Shown one piece after another: positions 18,273-28,050 of a stretch of 64,000 nt of DNA; the stretch's first letter is position 1; each line of letters starts with the position of its first letter. Location of the stretch: contig OY970160.1 of the NCBI GenBank assembly GCA_963706445.1, positions 576,001-640,000 on the forward strand, written 5' to 3'. Made by a program: the position numbers and the translations under genes. The stretch comes from an uncultured Nitrososphaerales archaeon (GTDB taxonomy: Archaea > Thermoproteota > Nitrososphaeria > Nitrososphaerales > Gagatemarchaeaceae). A model generated the notes under the pieces. That model was not told where the DNA came from. It did not search any database and saw nothing but the letters and a program-made list of their open reading frames with translations.

Positions 18273-21200
18273 GTCTGATTCGGTCCATCCCTTTGGCAGG
18301 CCCTTTTCCCTGCTTAGGTCGACCTTCCTCACCCGGACCAGAAATCGGATTTCGTCCTTTTTGGGCTCGAGGAGGGCGAGGTCCTCGTCTTCTAGCCCCG
18401 ATATGGACGCAGATGCGAGGATAGCTGTCGGCTTGAATCCCTTCTCCTTTCTCAGTGCCTGCAACCGGCGAGCAACGTCCCTTACCAAGCCCTCGGCGAC
18501 CATACCGTCGTCCCTCTCCCTCCCGACCGCGACGAAGATGCCCGCTTTCTCGGCGACTGCGAACCCTTCATGGGGCTCCGTGACCAACTCAAAGGCTGAG
18601 AGCGGGACGTCATATGACCCCGCCTTGAGCGCCCTACCCCCACTGTATGCCTTCAATGCCTCGTCTCCGTGGAGGGACTTCAGCGATCCCATCACTTCCC
18701 TCGTCTTCTCCTTGAACAGCGCCCCCACCCTCGAGGGGTTGGGCTTCAGCAGGAATTCTGCGGGGAACTTCGAAGCCTTGGTCAGGACGTCGACCCCTTT
18801 GACGTTGCAAAGCAGGGCGACCGTCCTCCTCGATCCGCCAGCTACGGCGGCCCGCTTCTGGGGGACCAGGACCAGGATTCTATTCAACGGCCAGCGCCTT
18901 TTGAGCTTCGCCTTCGTCCTGGCCGAGTTGCACGCCTCCTCCACCTTGAGGGCGAAGTCGACGGTCTCCTCGGCCGCGGCTGATTTCGGAGACTTCTCCT
19001 TCATCCAACCTAACGCAAGCATTGGGGCCGCCCATGGCTTCCGAGCGAAGACCTCCTGGAAGAGGAACTCCGTGGCGAAGGGGCTGGTGGGGTGCATGAG
19101 CTCGTCCGCCGCCTTCAGACTGTGGCCCAGTACGGCGTAGATCGCCAGGCGTCTGGTCCTCCACCTGGCGTCATCATTCCATAGCTCGCTCCTCACCAGG
19201 CGCACATAGGTCTGGCTTAGATGGTTGATTACGAGCTCCTCGAGAGCCTTCGCTGCCTCGTTGTACTTCCCCCTAGCATAACTCTGCCTGACACCAGCCT
19301 CGGCACCTGCTAGCTTGGCGAGCATCCACCTCTCGACCACGGTGAGGGCCTTGCGCTTCTGGGCCCACGAGAGGGTGTGCCTTCCGGGGTCGTAGCCGTC
19401 TACTTCCCCGTTCTGTTGGAGATAGAGGTGCAGGTGGTATAGGGTGTTGAGGACCTGGTATGGCCTCCCGGCCATCTCCTTCAGGTCGAAGTTGACCGAA
19501 TCCTCGGGGGTCGCCTTCGAGAGAACATAGAACCTGGCGAGGTCGGCGGAGTTGTTCCTAAGAAGGTCGAGGCCTTGGACCACGTTCCCCAGCCGCTTGC
19601 TCATCTTCTGACCCTTGTCGTCGAGCACGTGCCCTTGGAAGAGGAATGCGCGGTAGGGGGCCTGGGGCTTCCCTGTCTTGATGACGTTAAGCAGCAGGAG
19701 GGTGTACGCCCACCCCCTGGTCTGGTCTATGGCTTCGGTGAGGAACTCGACTGGGACCAAGGCCCGCGCTTCCTCGTCAGTGAAGGACGCGTAGGGGGAG
19801 GCACCGCTGTTGTGCCATGTGTCCAGTACGAAGGGCTCCCTGTGCGCCTTCCCTCCGCACTTCGGACAGTTGAGGACCACCCTGTCTATCCATGGCCGGT
19901 GGAACTCGAAGTTCGGACCGTCCGGGAGCTCTGCGGCCCGGCTGACTATTTCCCTGCGCGAGAAAGCTCCGACCCGCTCCTTGCATGAATCGCAGACCCA
20001 AATCGGGAGCGGTGTCCCCCAGACCCTCTCTCTCGTCACGCACCAGGGAGGGGACTCGGCGAGCCCCGCAAGGAACCTATTCCTGGGGCCATCGAAGAAA
20101 TACTCTACCTTCTCGGCCGCTCTGACGACATCCTTCCTTATCCTGTCTACCCAGTAGAAGTATTCCCTTCTCGCTAGCCAAACCAGCCTGTCGTCCGAGC
20201 GCCAACACACGGGATAGTCGTGGACGATTCTCCCCGCATTGACAAGACTCCCCTTCTCTCTCAGCGCATCCACCACTGCGCCATCGGAGTCCCTGGCGAA
20301 CATCCCTGCGAATCTCCCTGCCTCCTCGGTGAATGTCACCCTGTCGTCGAAGGGGGCGAAGACGGGGAGCCCTCTCTTTGTTGCCACGGCGAAGTCCTCT
20401 TCCCCGTTAGCCGGGGACATGTGCACAAGGCCTGTCCCCGTCGTGACATCCACGAACTCTTCGGCGACCACCCGGTGGGCCTTGGACTGCATCTCGGGGG
20501 TCCTCTGGCCCGGGATCAGGTCGAGCAGCGGGTGCTCGTAGGTTAGGCCTTCTAGCTCCGCCCCCTTGACCTTCTTCTTCGTCTCGCCGAACTTTACCCC
20601 CAGCTCCATTTCGAGGGCCTCCTTCCTCCCGGTGCAGACCACCCAGACCTCGGACCCGGCTTCCACGTACTCGTAGTCAGAGTCCGGTTTGACGCCCACC
20701 AGCTCGTCGGTGACCACCGTGAAGGGCATGGTGGTCCAAACGACAAGATACGCCCCTTCGCCCATCCTCGCCTTGTAGTATAGGCTCGGGTCCTCCAGCT
20801 TCTCGTACCCGCCGAGCGCCACCTCTCCCGCGCTAAGGGCCGTCTGGCACTTCGGGCAGTAGGGGACCACCTTGTATCCCTCGCCCAGAAGTCCCCTCCG
20901 CCAGGCGGTCTCCAGGTACTTCCACTCCCTCTCGATGTACTCGTCCCTGTACGTCATGTATGCCCGCCTGTGGTCTATCATCAGCCCGAGGAGGTCGTCG
21001 GCCTCTTCCCAGTCACGCTTGTACTTCCAGATGAGCTTCTTGCACTCTTCGACCAGCTTGTCTACTCCGACCTTGTTGAGGTCCTCCCACTTGTTCCCCG
21101 AGAGCCCCAACTCCTTCTCCGCTTGCAGCTCCACCGGCAGGCCCTGTGTGTCCCAGCCCCCGCGAAAGACTATGTTCTCCCCTTCGAACGTCCTCGACCT

Positions 21201-21437
21201 GTACCAGAGGTCCTTCATCATCCGGCCGCGGACGTGCCCGACGTGGGGCTGGTTGTTCAGGGTCGGAGGGCCCTCGACATACCCCACGGGCTTGCTCTTC
21301 GAGACCCTTGCCGCGATCTTCACCTTGGTGGCAGGACGCGCATAGAACACCCTGACTTTGCTTTCGATCTTCTTCCAGTCGTACTCTTGGTTGAGGGTAT
21401 GATTCTTTCTAGTACGTCGGGCTAATTTTACGACCAC
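18237..21437 (-). CDS. ileS: isoleucine--tRNA ligase
   Basis: EGPP..N..PHVGH, GWDTQGLP, WTT.PFT, DQTRGW and KMSKR motifs. Confidence 0.97.
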   Translation of the reverse strand: MVVKLARRTRKNHTLNQEYDWKKIESKVRVFYARPATKVKIAARVSKSKPVGYVEGPPTLNNQPHVGHVRGRMMKDLWYRSRTFEGENIVFRGGWDTQGLPVELQAEKELGLSGNKWEDLNKVGVDKLVEECKKLIWKYKRDWEEADDLLGLMIDHRRAYMTYRDEYIEREWKYLETAWRRGLLGEGYKVVPYCPKCQTALSAGEVALGGYEKLEDPSLYYKARMGEGAYLVVWTTMPFTVVTDELVGVKPDSDYEYVEAGSEVWVVCTGRKEALEMELGVKFGETKKKVKGAELEGLTYEHPLLDLIPGQRTPEMQSKAHRVVAEEFVDVTTGTGLVHMSPANGEEDFAVATKRGLPVFAPFDDRVTFTEEAGRFAGMFARDSDGAVVDALREKGSLVNAGRIVHDYPVCWRSDDRLVWLARREYFYWVDRIRKDVVRAAEKVEYFFDGPRNRFLAGLAESPPWCVTRERVWGTPLPIWVCDSCKERVGAFSRREIVSRAAELPDGPNFEFHRPWIDRVVLNCPKCGGKAHREPFVLDTWHNSGASPYASFTDEEARALVPVEFLTEAIDQTRGWAYTLLLLNVIKTGKPQAPYRAFLFQGHVLDDKGQKMSKRLGNVVQGLDLLRNNSADLARFYVLSKATPEDSVNFDLKEMAGRPYQVLNTLYHLHLYLQQNGEVDGYDPGRHTLSWAQKRKALTVVERWMLAKLAGAEAGVRQSYARGKYNEAAKALEELVINHLSQTYVRLVRSELWNDDARWRTRRLAIYAVLGHSLKAADELMHPTSPFATEFLFQEVFARKPWAAPMLALGWMKEKSPKSAAAEETVDFALKVEEACNSARTKAKLKRRWPLNRILVLVPQKRAAVAGGSRRTVALLCNVKGVDVLTKASKFPAEFLLKPNPSRVGALFKEKTREVMGSLKSLHGDEALKAYSGGRALKAGSYDVPLSAFELVTEPHEGFAVAEKAGIFVAVGRERDDGMVAEGLVRDVARRLQALRKEKGFKPTAILASASISGLEDEDLALLEPKKDEIRFLVRVRKVDLSREKGLPKGWTESDLDGRPVYLRVG

Positions 21438-21470
21438 TCAAGCCACCCCACCGTCAGACGAGGGATTATT

Positions 21471-22157
21471 TCAACTTCCCGAAAGGAGCCTATCGGCGTG
21501 GGCCGAAGGGAGGCCAGCCGCCCTTATCTTCCCCGCGGCCTTCGCGTAGTCGTAATCGATACGGACGACCTCTACCTTCGCCCCCTCCACTGCAGGCTCG
21601 ACGAGCGCATAGGAAGCCCTCCTGTCTCCGTCTCTGGGTTGCCCCACCGAACCTGGGTTGATTACCACGCGCTCCCCCTCCCGCCAGACGTATGGGATGT
21701 GGGTGTGCCCGAGGCCGATGACATCGACCTTCTTCTTGTCGAGATAGTACCCGAACAGGTCCGAATGGGTCCTTGGGTCGACGTACTCCCAGAGCCTGTC
21801 GTCGGGGCTGCCGTGGGTAAAATAGGCCCTCGTCCCATGGAGGTCGAGGTTGAACTCCTCCGGAAGGCCACGAAGGTAATCCCTGCTATTAGCGGTCAGA
21901 TTCCTGGCCGTCCAGACGGCTGACATCGCCGCCCTGGGGTTGAACAACGAAGTGTCCCCGGTCAGGGCTGCGACGTCATGGTTGCCCACTATCGATTTCA
22001 CTCCTCGCTTTCGGACTAGTTCAATGACTTCGTTTGGATTTGCGCCGTAGTCGACGAGGTCTCCCAGGCAGTACACCTCCAAGCCCTGCGTCAAATCGAA
22101 GACTGCCTCTAGCGCTTCCAGGTTCGCGTGCACATCGGAGATGACTGCTAACTTCAT
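21471..22157 (-). CDS. YfcE-like metallophosphoesterase
   Basis: SDVHAN, LGD, GNHD, HGSP, GHTH and NPGSVGQPRDG motifs. Confidence 0.93.
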   Translation of the reverse strand: MKLAVISDVHANLEALEAVFDLTQGLEVYCLGDLVDYGANPNEVIELVRKRGVKSIVGNHDVAALTGDTSLFNPRAAMSAVWTARNLTANSRDYLRGLPEEFNLDLHGTRAYFTHGSPDDRLWEYVDPRTHSDLFGYYLDKKKVDVIGLGHTHIPYVWREGERVVINPGSVGQPRDGDRRASYALVEPAVEGAKVEVVRIDYDYAKAAGKIRAAGLPSAHADRLLSGS

Positions 22158-22304
22158 GGAGCCCACATCCAATCAGTAGAAGAAAAGGAATAGGGCAGCA
22201 ATGATAGCGGAGTCAAAGAAGAATGAATCTTAATGCGGTTGTGAAGAAGATTATACTACTCCCCACTTAGAGAATTTGAGACCCCGTGATATTCGAAGCT
22301 ATCC

Positions 22305-22955
22305 ATGTCTGCGTTCGCAGGTAAATGGGAAAAGCAAAACAGCCAGAGTTTCGGCACTCGGGTTAAGGATTCCGTAAAGAATCCCGGACCCCTGAAGCCG
22401 AGGCTCGACCTCGCCGTCCGACAAATCCAAGTCCAAGTCGCCAAACTCGACTCCACCACCAACAAACTAAGGGAGAGGGATAACTCGATCTTCGCAAAGG
22501 TCGTTACCTCTCTACAAAAGCACGACACACAGCACGCGTCTGTATTCGCCAACGAGCTTGCCGAGATCAGAAAGATGAACAAGATGGTCACGCAAGCGAA
22601 ACTGGCCCTAGAACAGATAGTGCTCAGACTCAACACGATCACGGAACTCGGTGACATCGTAGTCACCCTGACCCCGGCGATGGCAGTAATACGCAACGTC
22701 AAGGCCGGCTTGGTGGGCGTACTGCCTGAGGCGGAGAGCGAGATCGGTGAGATCTCTGGCTTGCTAAGTAGCATCCTGGTAGACGCCGGGACAGTCGGTG
22801 GATACTCGCTGAACTTCGAAGCGGCCAACGAGGACGCAGAGAAGATCCTTGCCGAGGCATCTGCAGTAGCAGAGACTCGTATGAAGGAGAAATTCCCCGA
22901 GATCCCCAGCACCCTGCCGTCCGCCGAATCTACATCCGAGGGTACCTCGTACTAA
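22305..22955 (+). CDS. cdvB: ESCRT-III/Snf7 protein (CdvB1/B2-like, no winged helix)
   Basis: ANELAEIRK...LALEQIVLRL.T..ELGD Snf7 core. Confidence 0.9.
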   Translation: MSAFAGKWEKQNSQSFGTRVKDSVKNPGPLKPRLDLAVRQIQVQVAKLDSTTNKLRERDNSIFAKVVTSLQKHDTQHASVFANELAEIRKMNKMVTQAKLALEQIVLRLNTITELGDIVVTLTPAMAVIRNVKAGLVGVLPEAESEIGEISGLLSSILVDAGTVGGYSLNFEAANEDAEKILAEASAVAETRMKEKFPEIPSTLPSAESTSEGTSY

Positions 22956-23015
22956 AGCGAGTACCCTCTCTCCTTTGTTTTCAGATTTCTGAGAAACTTT
23001 TGCGCAATCGTCCGG

Positions 23016-23663
23016 TCATGAAGGGAGCACCCGCGTTCTGATGGCGAGAGACCCGACTGAGCGGTAAATGCAAAGTATCCACGCAATTGCCGCAATGAAA
23101 GCCAAGGGAGATGGAAGGAAGATTAGCAGCAAGAAGCTGGCTATGCTCAGGACGACCCACTTTGTGTAGGTCTTGATTCTTCTGTCAGAGATGCGACGAT
23201 ACGTTACGGCAAGGACTACTATCGCATACAAGGTCACAGCTGCGAAGACGACAAAAGTGACAAAACTGGCGAAAGCCGCCTCAGCCGTGCTGAACCACCA
23301 CGGTGGAAGCGAAACTACCCCATACGCCGAAAAGAGAGCGGCGAAAGCTACGATTCCACCGCCCTTTTTCCAGGACAGGGTATCCCTGTGGAAGAAGTCT
23401 GCAGATAGTGCGACATTGATGTTGTTGGCGATCCATCCATAAAGCACGAGAAATGTGAAGCCCCAGATAACGCCCTCGACGACTACCGCGGTGACCGTTG
23501 ACGGGGTCTCGCCGAAGATGCTATCTAGATAGGTGGCCACAAAAAACGAACCTACGGACAATCCACCGATGGCCGTCCAGAGCGCCCGTGTCCGGGCTGG
23601 GTGGTCTACGAGAGCCCTCCTCAGGCTGAGAGCCCTGTATATGGTGTAGACGACGACACCCAA
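23016..23663 (-). CDS. 6-7 TM membrane protein, possible sensor
   Basis: Hydrophobic helices; follows the KaiC-like gene on the same strand. May start at CTG 23690. Confidence 0.65.
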   Translation of the reverse strand: MGVVVYTIYRALSLRRALVDHPARTRALWTAIGGLSVGSFFVATYLDSIFGETPSTVTAVVVEGVIWGFTFLVLYGWIANNINVALSADFFHRDTLSWKKGGGIVAFAALFSAYGVVSLPPWWFSTAEAAFASFVTFVVFAAVTLYAIVVLAVTYRRISDRRIKTYTKWVVLSIASFLLLIFLPSPLAFIAAIAWILCIYRSVGSLAIRTRVLPS

Positions 23664-23694
23664 GAGGACAACTTGGACGGCGTCTTGCAGCGCG

Positions 23695-24363
23695 TCACTT
23701 GGTGACGTTCGGCGTTACCTCCATCATCCCGTGGACGAACGAGAACCTGAACCACCCTTGCAAAGGGGGCTGACCTAACATTTGGCGCACTCGCATCACA
23801 GTCGTCACGGAGAGCCCTTCCTCGAACAGCTTCATCTCCAGAACCCCGTCGAAAAGGTGCACCATTGATGCGATGGTGGCTGGGGTGTGCATCTCCTCGT
23901 CTCCCAAGGCGAGTATCACGGCATCGTACCGCTTCACTTCTTCGACAAGCTGCGACCAGTAGCTGTACATCGATTCGGCTGGATTCAGTACGAGCAGCGG
24001 GGAAAGAATGTCCGTCACGACCCTGATCCGCCTTTCGGGGTTCCTCTGCAGGGCCTGCTTGATGTTATACGAGATCGAGGTGGTGTCCCGAAGGTCACAA
24101 TTCACAGCAGAACCAGAGCTCGCAATCCACTCTGGGACCCTGTCCGTGCTGATGCCGAAACCCTTCATGTCTCTGGTCACATCCGAGACTGGCCGGTGGG
24201 TGACGTAGAGGCAGTAGTCGCCTTGCGTGAGTCCGGACCTCATGAACCAGTACCCCAGCGCCTGCTTTCCGAGCCCCGACTGGCCTAGTACAAGTATGGA
24301 AGACCTATCGGGGTAACCATCGTTGATAATCTGGTCCAGGGTTGGGACCCCCGTCGATACCAA
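23695..24363 (-). CDS. RAD55/KaiC-family ATPase with degenerate Walker motifs
   Basis: STGVPTLD..I..GYP, GQSGLGKQ, VVTD and HLFDGVLEM. Confidence 0.85.
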   Translation of the reverse strand: MVSTGVPTLDQIINDGYPDRSSILVLGQSGLGKQALGYWFMRSGLTQGDYCLYVTHRPVSDVTRDMKGFGISTDRVPEWIASSGSAVNCDLRDTTSISYNIKQALQRNPERRIRVVTDILSPLLVLNPAESMYSYWSQLVEEVKRYDAVILALGDEEMHTPATIASMVHLFDGVLEMKLFEEGLSVTTVMRVRQMLGQPPLQGWFRFSFVHGMMEVTPNVTK

Positions 24364-24411
24364 ACGCTCCCGGTCAACTGCGATGCAAGATAAGCGTATT
24401 CGAGTCCGACT

Positions 24412-24996
24412 TTACAGGAGCGAGGACGCGGCGAGGACGACCATCAGGACAAGGAACACGATCGATAGGAGGAAGAACCACTGGGCCCCCCTCATCTCCC
24501 CGACCTTCCGATCCACTTTACGCGAGAGTGCATAGATCTCCTTTATCGATTCGGCATACCACCTCTCGGTAAGTTCGCCGACTCCGACATTCGCGAAGTA
24601 CCCTGTCCATTCCTCTTCTTTCATCGAAGCTATCTTGTCAGCGTATCCTGTGGGGCTAGGGGCCGCGTAGGAGCTCTTACCGCCCGGGCGTCTCCCCGGA
24701 ATGACGTGCACCCTCGGACCCATTGCCTGAAGCATGAAAGCAGTCGCTATGGCGACTGAAATCACGAAGCCAAGGAAGAGCAGGGACACCAGGTCGACGC
24801 CTCCCACCCGATAGTACAGCTTGTCTGCGAGGAAAGATGTGTAGAGGATCGTCGCCCCAACGGTGAGGAATGACATCGAACTGAATACACGTCCCACCTT
24901 GTCGTCAAGATTGTCTGTGGTGTGGATCACCCTCCCGAGCATCTCCTGCGCCATTGACAGGCGCTTCGAGAGTTCGTCCTCGTTCTTGGCATCCAA
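24412..24996 (-). CDS. PycTM/DUF5706-like (Pycsar effector family) membrane protein
   Basis: D.K before TM1, two TMs then PR, Y...IA loop, EIYALS....RK before the final TM. Recognised by eye. Confidence 0.65.
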   Translation of the reverse strand: MDAKNEDELSKRLSMAQEMLGRVIHTTDNLDDKVGRVFSSMSFLTVGATILYTSFLADKLYYRVGGVDLVSLLFLGFVISVAIATAFMLQAMGPRVHVIPGRRPGGKSSYAAPSPTGYADKIASMKEEEWTGYFANVGVGELTERWYAESIKEIYALSRKVDRKVGEMRGAQWFFLLSIVFLVLMVVLAASSLL

Positions 24997-25185
24997 CTAG
25001 GACAGACCCGTTCTGCGAAGTCGATTTAAGGCCTGTTGAGCTCCAGTTGCGGTTAGCGTTGAAGGCGGTCGAAGAGGAATATCAGGACCTGGCAAGGGGA
25101 TCTCGCGTCGATTCCCTCAAAATCTAGTTGGGACGCGCCGGCAATCGAGATACACTAATAATCTACGGAAGGCAGCCGTCGCAAC

Positions 25186-25932
25186 GTGACTAGCAGCTCG
25201 GAAGGGGAAACGAAGTTGAGCAGCGGCCTCCCCGGCCTCGACACCATGCTTGACGGGGGTTTCAACAAAGGGCGCGTAGTCCTCGTCCTCGGGGAGCCAG
25301 GGACTGGCAAGACGATAATCTGCTCACAATACCTCTACAACGGCGCTGCGGCACTGGGGGAGAACAGCATGTTCATCGGCATGAACGAGCCGAAGAGCCG
25401 TTTCATGCGTGAGATGCTCAACCTTGGGATGGACTTTGCAAAGCTCGAGGCAGATGGGAAGTTCAAGTACGTCGACGCCACAGAAGTCAGGAAGATCCCT
25501 CAGACTGCGCAGGTGGGCCGCATATCCGTCGGAGGGAGGGAGCTTGGTCTTGTCAACCTTCTTGAGACCATGCAGAGCGCGATAGCAAAGTTCGAGCCAG
25601 CAAGGATTGCGTTGGATTCGATGTCTGACCTTGTCTTCAGGTTCCCTTCCGTCGATGAGCGGAGGCCGGTGGTACTCGACATGATAGAGACCCTCCAATC
25701 GACGAGCGCCACCTCGCTGCTGACGAGCGAGCTCCTCTCGACCGGCGAGGAGAGGCTGCTCCAGCCCGAGGAGTACCTGGCCGAAGGAGTTTTGCTCATG
25801 AGGACCCTCCGCAAGGGAGTAAGGACCATCCAGATTCTCAAGATGCGGGGGTCGAAGGTCGATACCCATCCCAGACCGTACGTCATCACGGGGAAGGGGC
25901 TCGAAGTCCTGGCGACCGAGGAAGTGTACTAG
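25186..25932 (+). CDS. single-domain KaiC/RAD55 ATPase
   Basis: GEPGTGKT, IALDS, EEYLAEGV and ILKMRGS motifs. Confidence 0.92.
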   Translation: MTSSSEGETKLSSGLPGLDTMLDGGFNKGRVVLVLGEPGTGKTIICSQYLYNGAAALGENSMFIGMNEPKSRFMREMLNLGMDFAKLEADGKFKYVDATEVRKIPQTAQVGRISVGGRELGLVNLLETMQSAIAKFEPARIALDSMSDLVFRFPSVDERRPVVLDMIETLQSTSATSLLTSELLSTGEERLLQPEEYLAEGVLLMRTLRKGVRTIQILKMRGSKVDTHPRPYVITGKGLEVLATEEVY

Positions 25933-25953
25933 TCCCGGACGGATGCCCAAAGA

Positions 25954-27036
25954 TTGGACTTCTGTCTCATCCACCTGTCGGACTTCCACCTGCGGACCTC
26001 GACTCAACCTCAGACCGACAAGATCCTAAGCTCTCTCGCCGCCGACGCAAAGGAGAGGGTCGAGTCCCTCGACCTCCCCAGCCCTCACGTCGCTCTCTCG
26101 GGTGACCTAGCATACGGAGGAAGAGATGAGGAGTACGCCATCGTAGACGGCTTCGTGGCGACCCTCTCGGAGAGCCTTCACGCCAGAAGCCTCATGTTCT
26201 GTGGGGGGAACCACGATGTGAACTGGAGCACCCTCGCCCCTATCAGCACTGACCTCATGAACGAGATGGTGGAGAAAAGGGGGGGCGTCGCGTCGACCAA
26301 TGCTCACTTCGCCGTCGAATCCGACCGGGACGCAATGAAAGCAGGGATGGGCCCCTACTACTCCTTCTTGGAGAAGCATGGCGTGAAATCAGATCCGGAA
26401 CTGTTCTACGTCAGGTCGCTGACTGTGGCTAACCTCAGACTCAACCTCATCAGCCTGAACTCCGCGTATATGTTCAGCAGGAAGTACAACTACCACGGAT
26501 ACGTGGGCGCGCAACAGCTCGCTTCCGCCGAAAGAGCCGTATCAGGCCAGAGGGGGCCCTCATTCAACATCGCCTTGGTCCATCACCCCCTCGAGGCCAT
26601 CGTCCCTTCATCGCAGGAGGAGACAAAACGGCACCTGTTTTCCTTCTCAGATGTGATCCTGAACGGCCATGTCCACTCCCCCAGGGTCTCCATCGAGTAT
26701 ACTGCGAGGATGCTGGGGCGGGTGAGAGAAGGGCCGCCTCCGGTGATAAGCTGCGCCCGGTGTGTGTTCGACGAGGCGAACGACCCTACGGTGTCTTCGG
26801 GATACTCGATAATCGGGATCGACTTCGAGTACGAGAAGGTAGCCTCCCTCAAAGTGTGGGAGGTGGAATTTGACAAGCAAAAGAGGACGTGGTATTACGA
26901 CGAGAAGAAACAGACGTACCCCCTTGTCGTGAAAGTCTCCACCGGTTCGGGGGAGGAGCTCGACAGGGTAGGGCCGAAAGTAACTGATGCCGAGAGGGCC
27001 CTCCTCGGAAGGTGGAAGCACGAACAGGAATCATGA
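25954..27036 (+). CDS. calcineurin-like metallophosphoesterase (CpdA/Icc-like)
   Basis: HLSDFH, SGDL, GNHD, LNSA, HHP and GHVH motifs. Confidence 0.9.
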   Translation: MDFCLIHLSDFHLRTSTQPQTDKILSSLAADAKERVESLDLPSPHVALSGDLAYGGRDEEYAIVDGFVATLSESLHARSLMFCGGNHDVNWSTLAPISTDLMNEMVEKRGGVASTNAHFAVESDRDAMKAGMGPYYSFLEKHGVKSDPELFYVRSLTVANLRLNLISLNSAYMFSRKYNYHGYVGAQQLASAERAVSGQRGPSFNIALVHHPLEAIVPSSQEETKRHLFSFSDVILNGHVHSPRVSIEYTARMLGRVREGPPPVISCARCVFDEANDPTVSSGYSIIGIDFEYEKVASLKVWEVEFDKQKRTWYYDEKKQTYPLVVKVSTGSGEELDRVGPKVTDAERALLGRWKHEQES

Positions 27037-27195
27037 CAGGCACGCAGACTCCCGCGGAATGGAATAGGACTCACGTCTCGGTCCAAGCCGCCCGCGATTC
27101 TCAACGGGGGCATCCGGAAGAAAACTTTCACCACATTGTATCGCTTTTGTTGACTTAGCCCGTGATTATCGAGATGCCAATTTGAAGCACTGTAG

Positions 27196-28050
27196 TTGTC
27201 CTCACGCGTACCCCTGAGGTTCATCGGCCTAGGCGGAGGGGACGACATCAAACCGAAGATCGCTTCCACCATAAAGGAGATTGAGCTACACCGAAGGGAG
27301 CTCGAGAACCTCCGCGTCAAGCTCGAACAGAGACGGAAGTCATTGTTCGACACGACGGTCAAGGCCATGGTGGCCAAGGACCAGTCCAAGGCGACGATTT
27401 ACGCCAACGAATGGTCGGAGCTGAGGAAGGTGGGGAAGGTCGTTTATGCGAGCGAGCTCGCGCTCACCCAGGTGGTGCTGAGGCTGGAGAGCATCATCGA
27501 GGTCGGGGACGTGATGTCCCACATGAACAGTGCCTTCAAGGTCCTCCGCAAGGTGAACAAGTCCGTCCAGGGACTCGTCCCGTCCATAGACCAGGCGTCG
27601 GATGTGATCAACACCACTCTGTCCGAGACAATGGCTGAGATCGGACACGTGTCACCGTCGATATCTCTGAACATCGAGACCGAGAGCGGGGCCGAGCTTG
27701 TGGAGCAGGCGAGGAAGCTCGCCGAGGAGCGGGCCGAGGAGATGAAGCGCTCCCTCATCATCCCCCCACTCGAAATCCCGCGCGAAGCATTCGAGCCGAG
27801 GGTACCACTGCTCGCTACAGGGGATGACGATGAAGAGGCGGCCTTCCTGGGCACCATCTACAGGCCGAAGCCTACGGAAGAGGCAGAAGAACAGGTCCTG
27901 CAGTACGCCGCCATACACAATGGCAACGTGGACATATCTGACGCTTCTACCGTGCTCAAGATGCCTTCGGACGTCGTCGAGGGGGCGATGCTTGCCCTGA
28001 TGTCCCAGGGGAAGGTCAAGCTCAGCGAAATGGAGGCAAACAAGAAATGA
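27196..28050 (+). CDS. cdvB: ESCRT-III CdvB with C-terminal winged helix
   Basis: Snf7 core YANEWSELRK...LTQVVLRLE..EVGD plus a C-terminal wH. ATGA overlap with cdvC. Confidence 0.9.
   Translation: MSSRVPLRFIGLGGGDDIKPKIASTIKEIELHRRELENLRVKLEQRRKSLFDTTVKAMVAKDQSKATIYANEWSELRKVGKVVYASELALTQVVLRLESIIEVGDVMSHMNSAFKVLRKVNKSVQGLVPSIDQASDVINTTLSETMAEIGHVSPSISLNIETESGAELVEQARKLAEERAEEMKRSLIIPPLEIPREAFEPRVPLLATGDDDEEAAFLGTIYRPKPTEEAEEQVLQYAAIHNGNVDISDASTVLKMPSDVVEGAMLALMSQGKVKLSEMEANKK

Noticed and set aside
25035-25127. Short coding-like stretch (VELQLRLALKAVEEEYQDL...) in the divergent spacer
   Set aside because: No credible start codon and too short to assign.
23695-25932. Circadian KaiABC clock
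   Set aside because: Both ATPases are single-domain RAD55/KaiC-like proteins, and no kaiA/kaiB is present.
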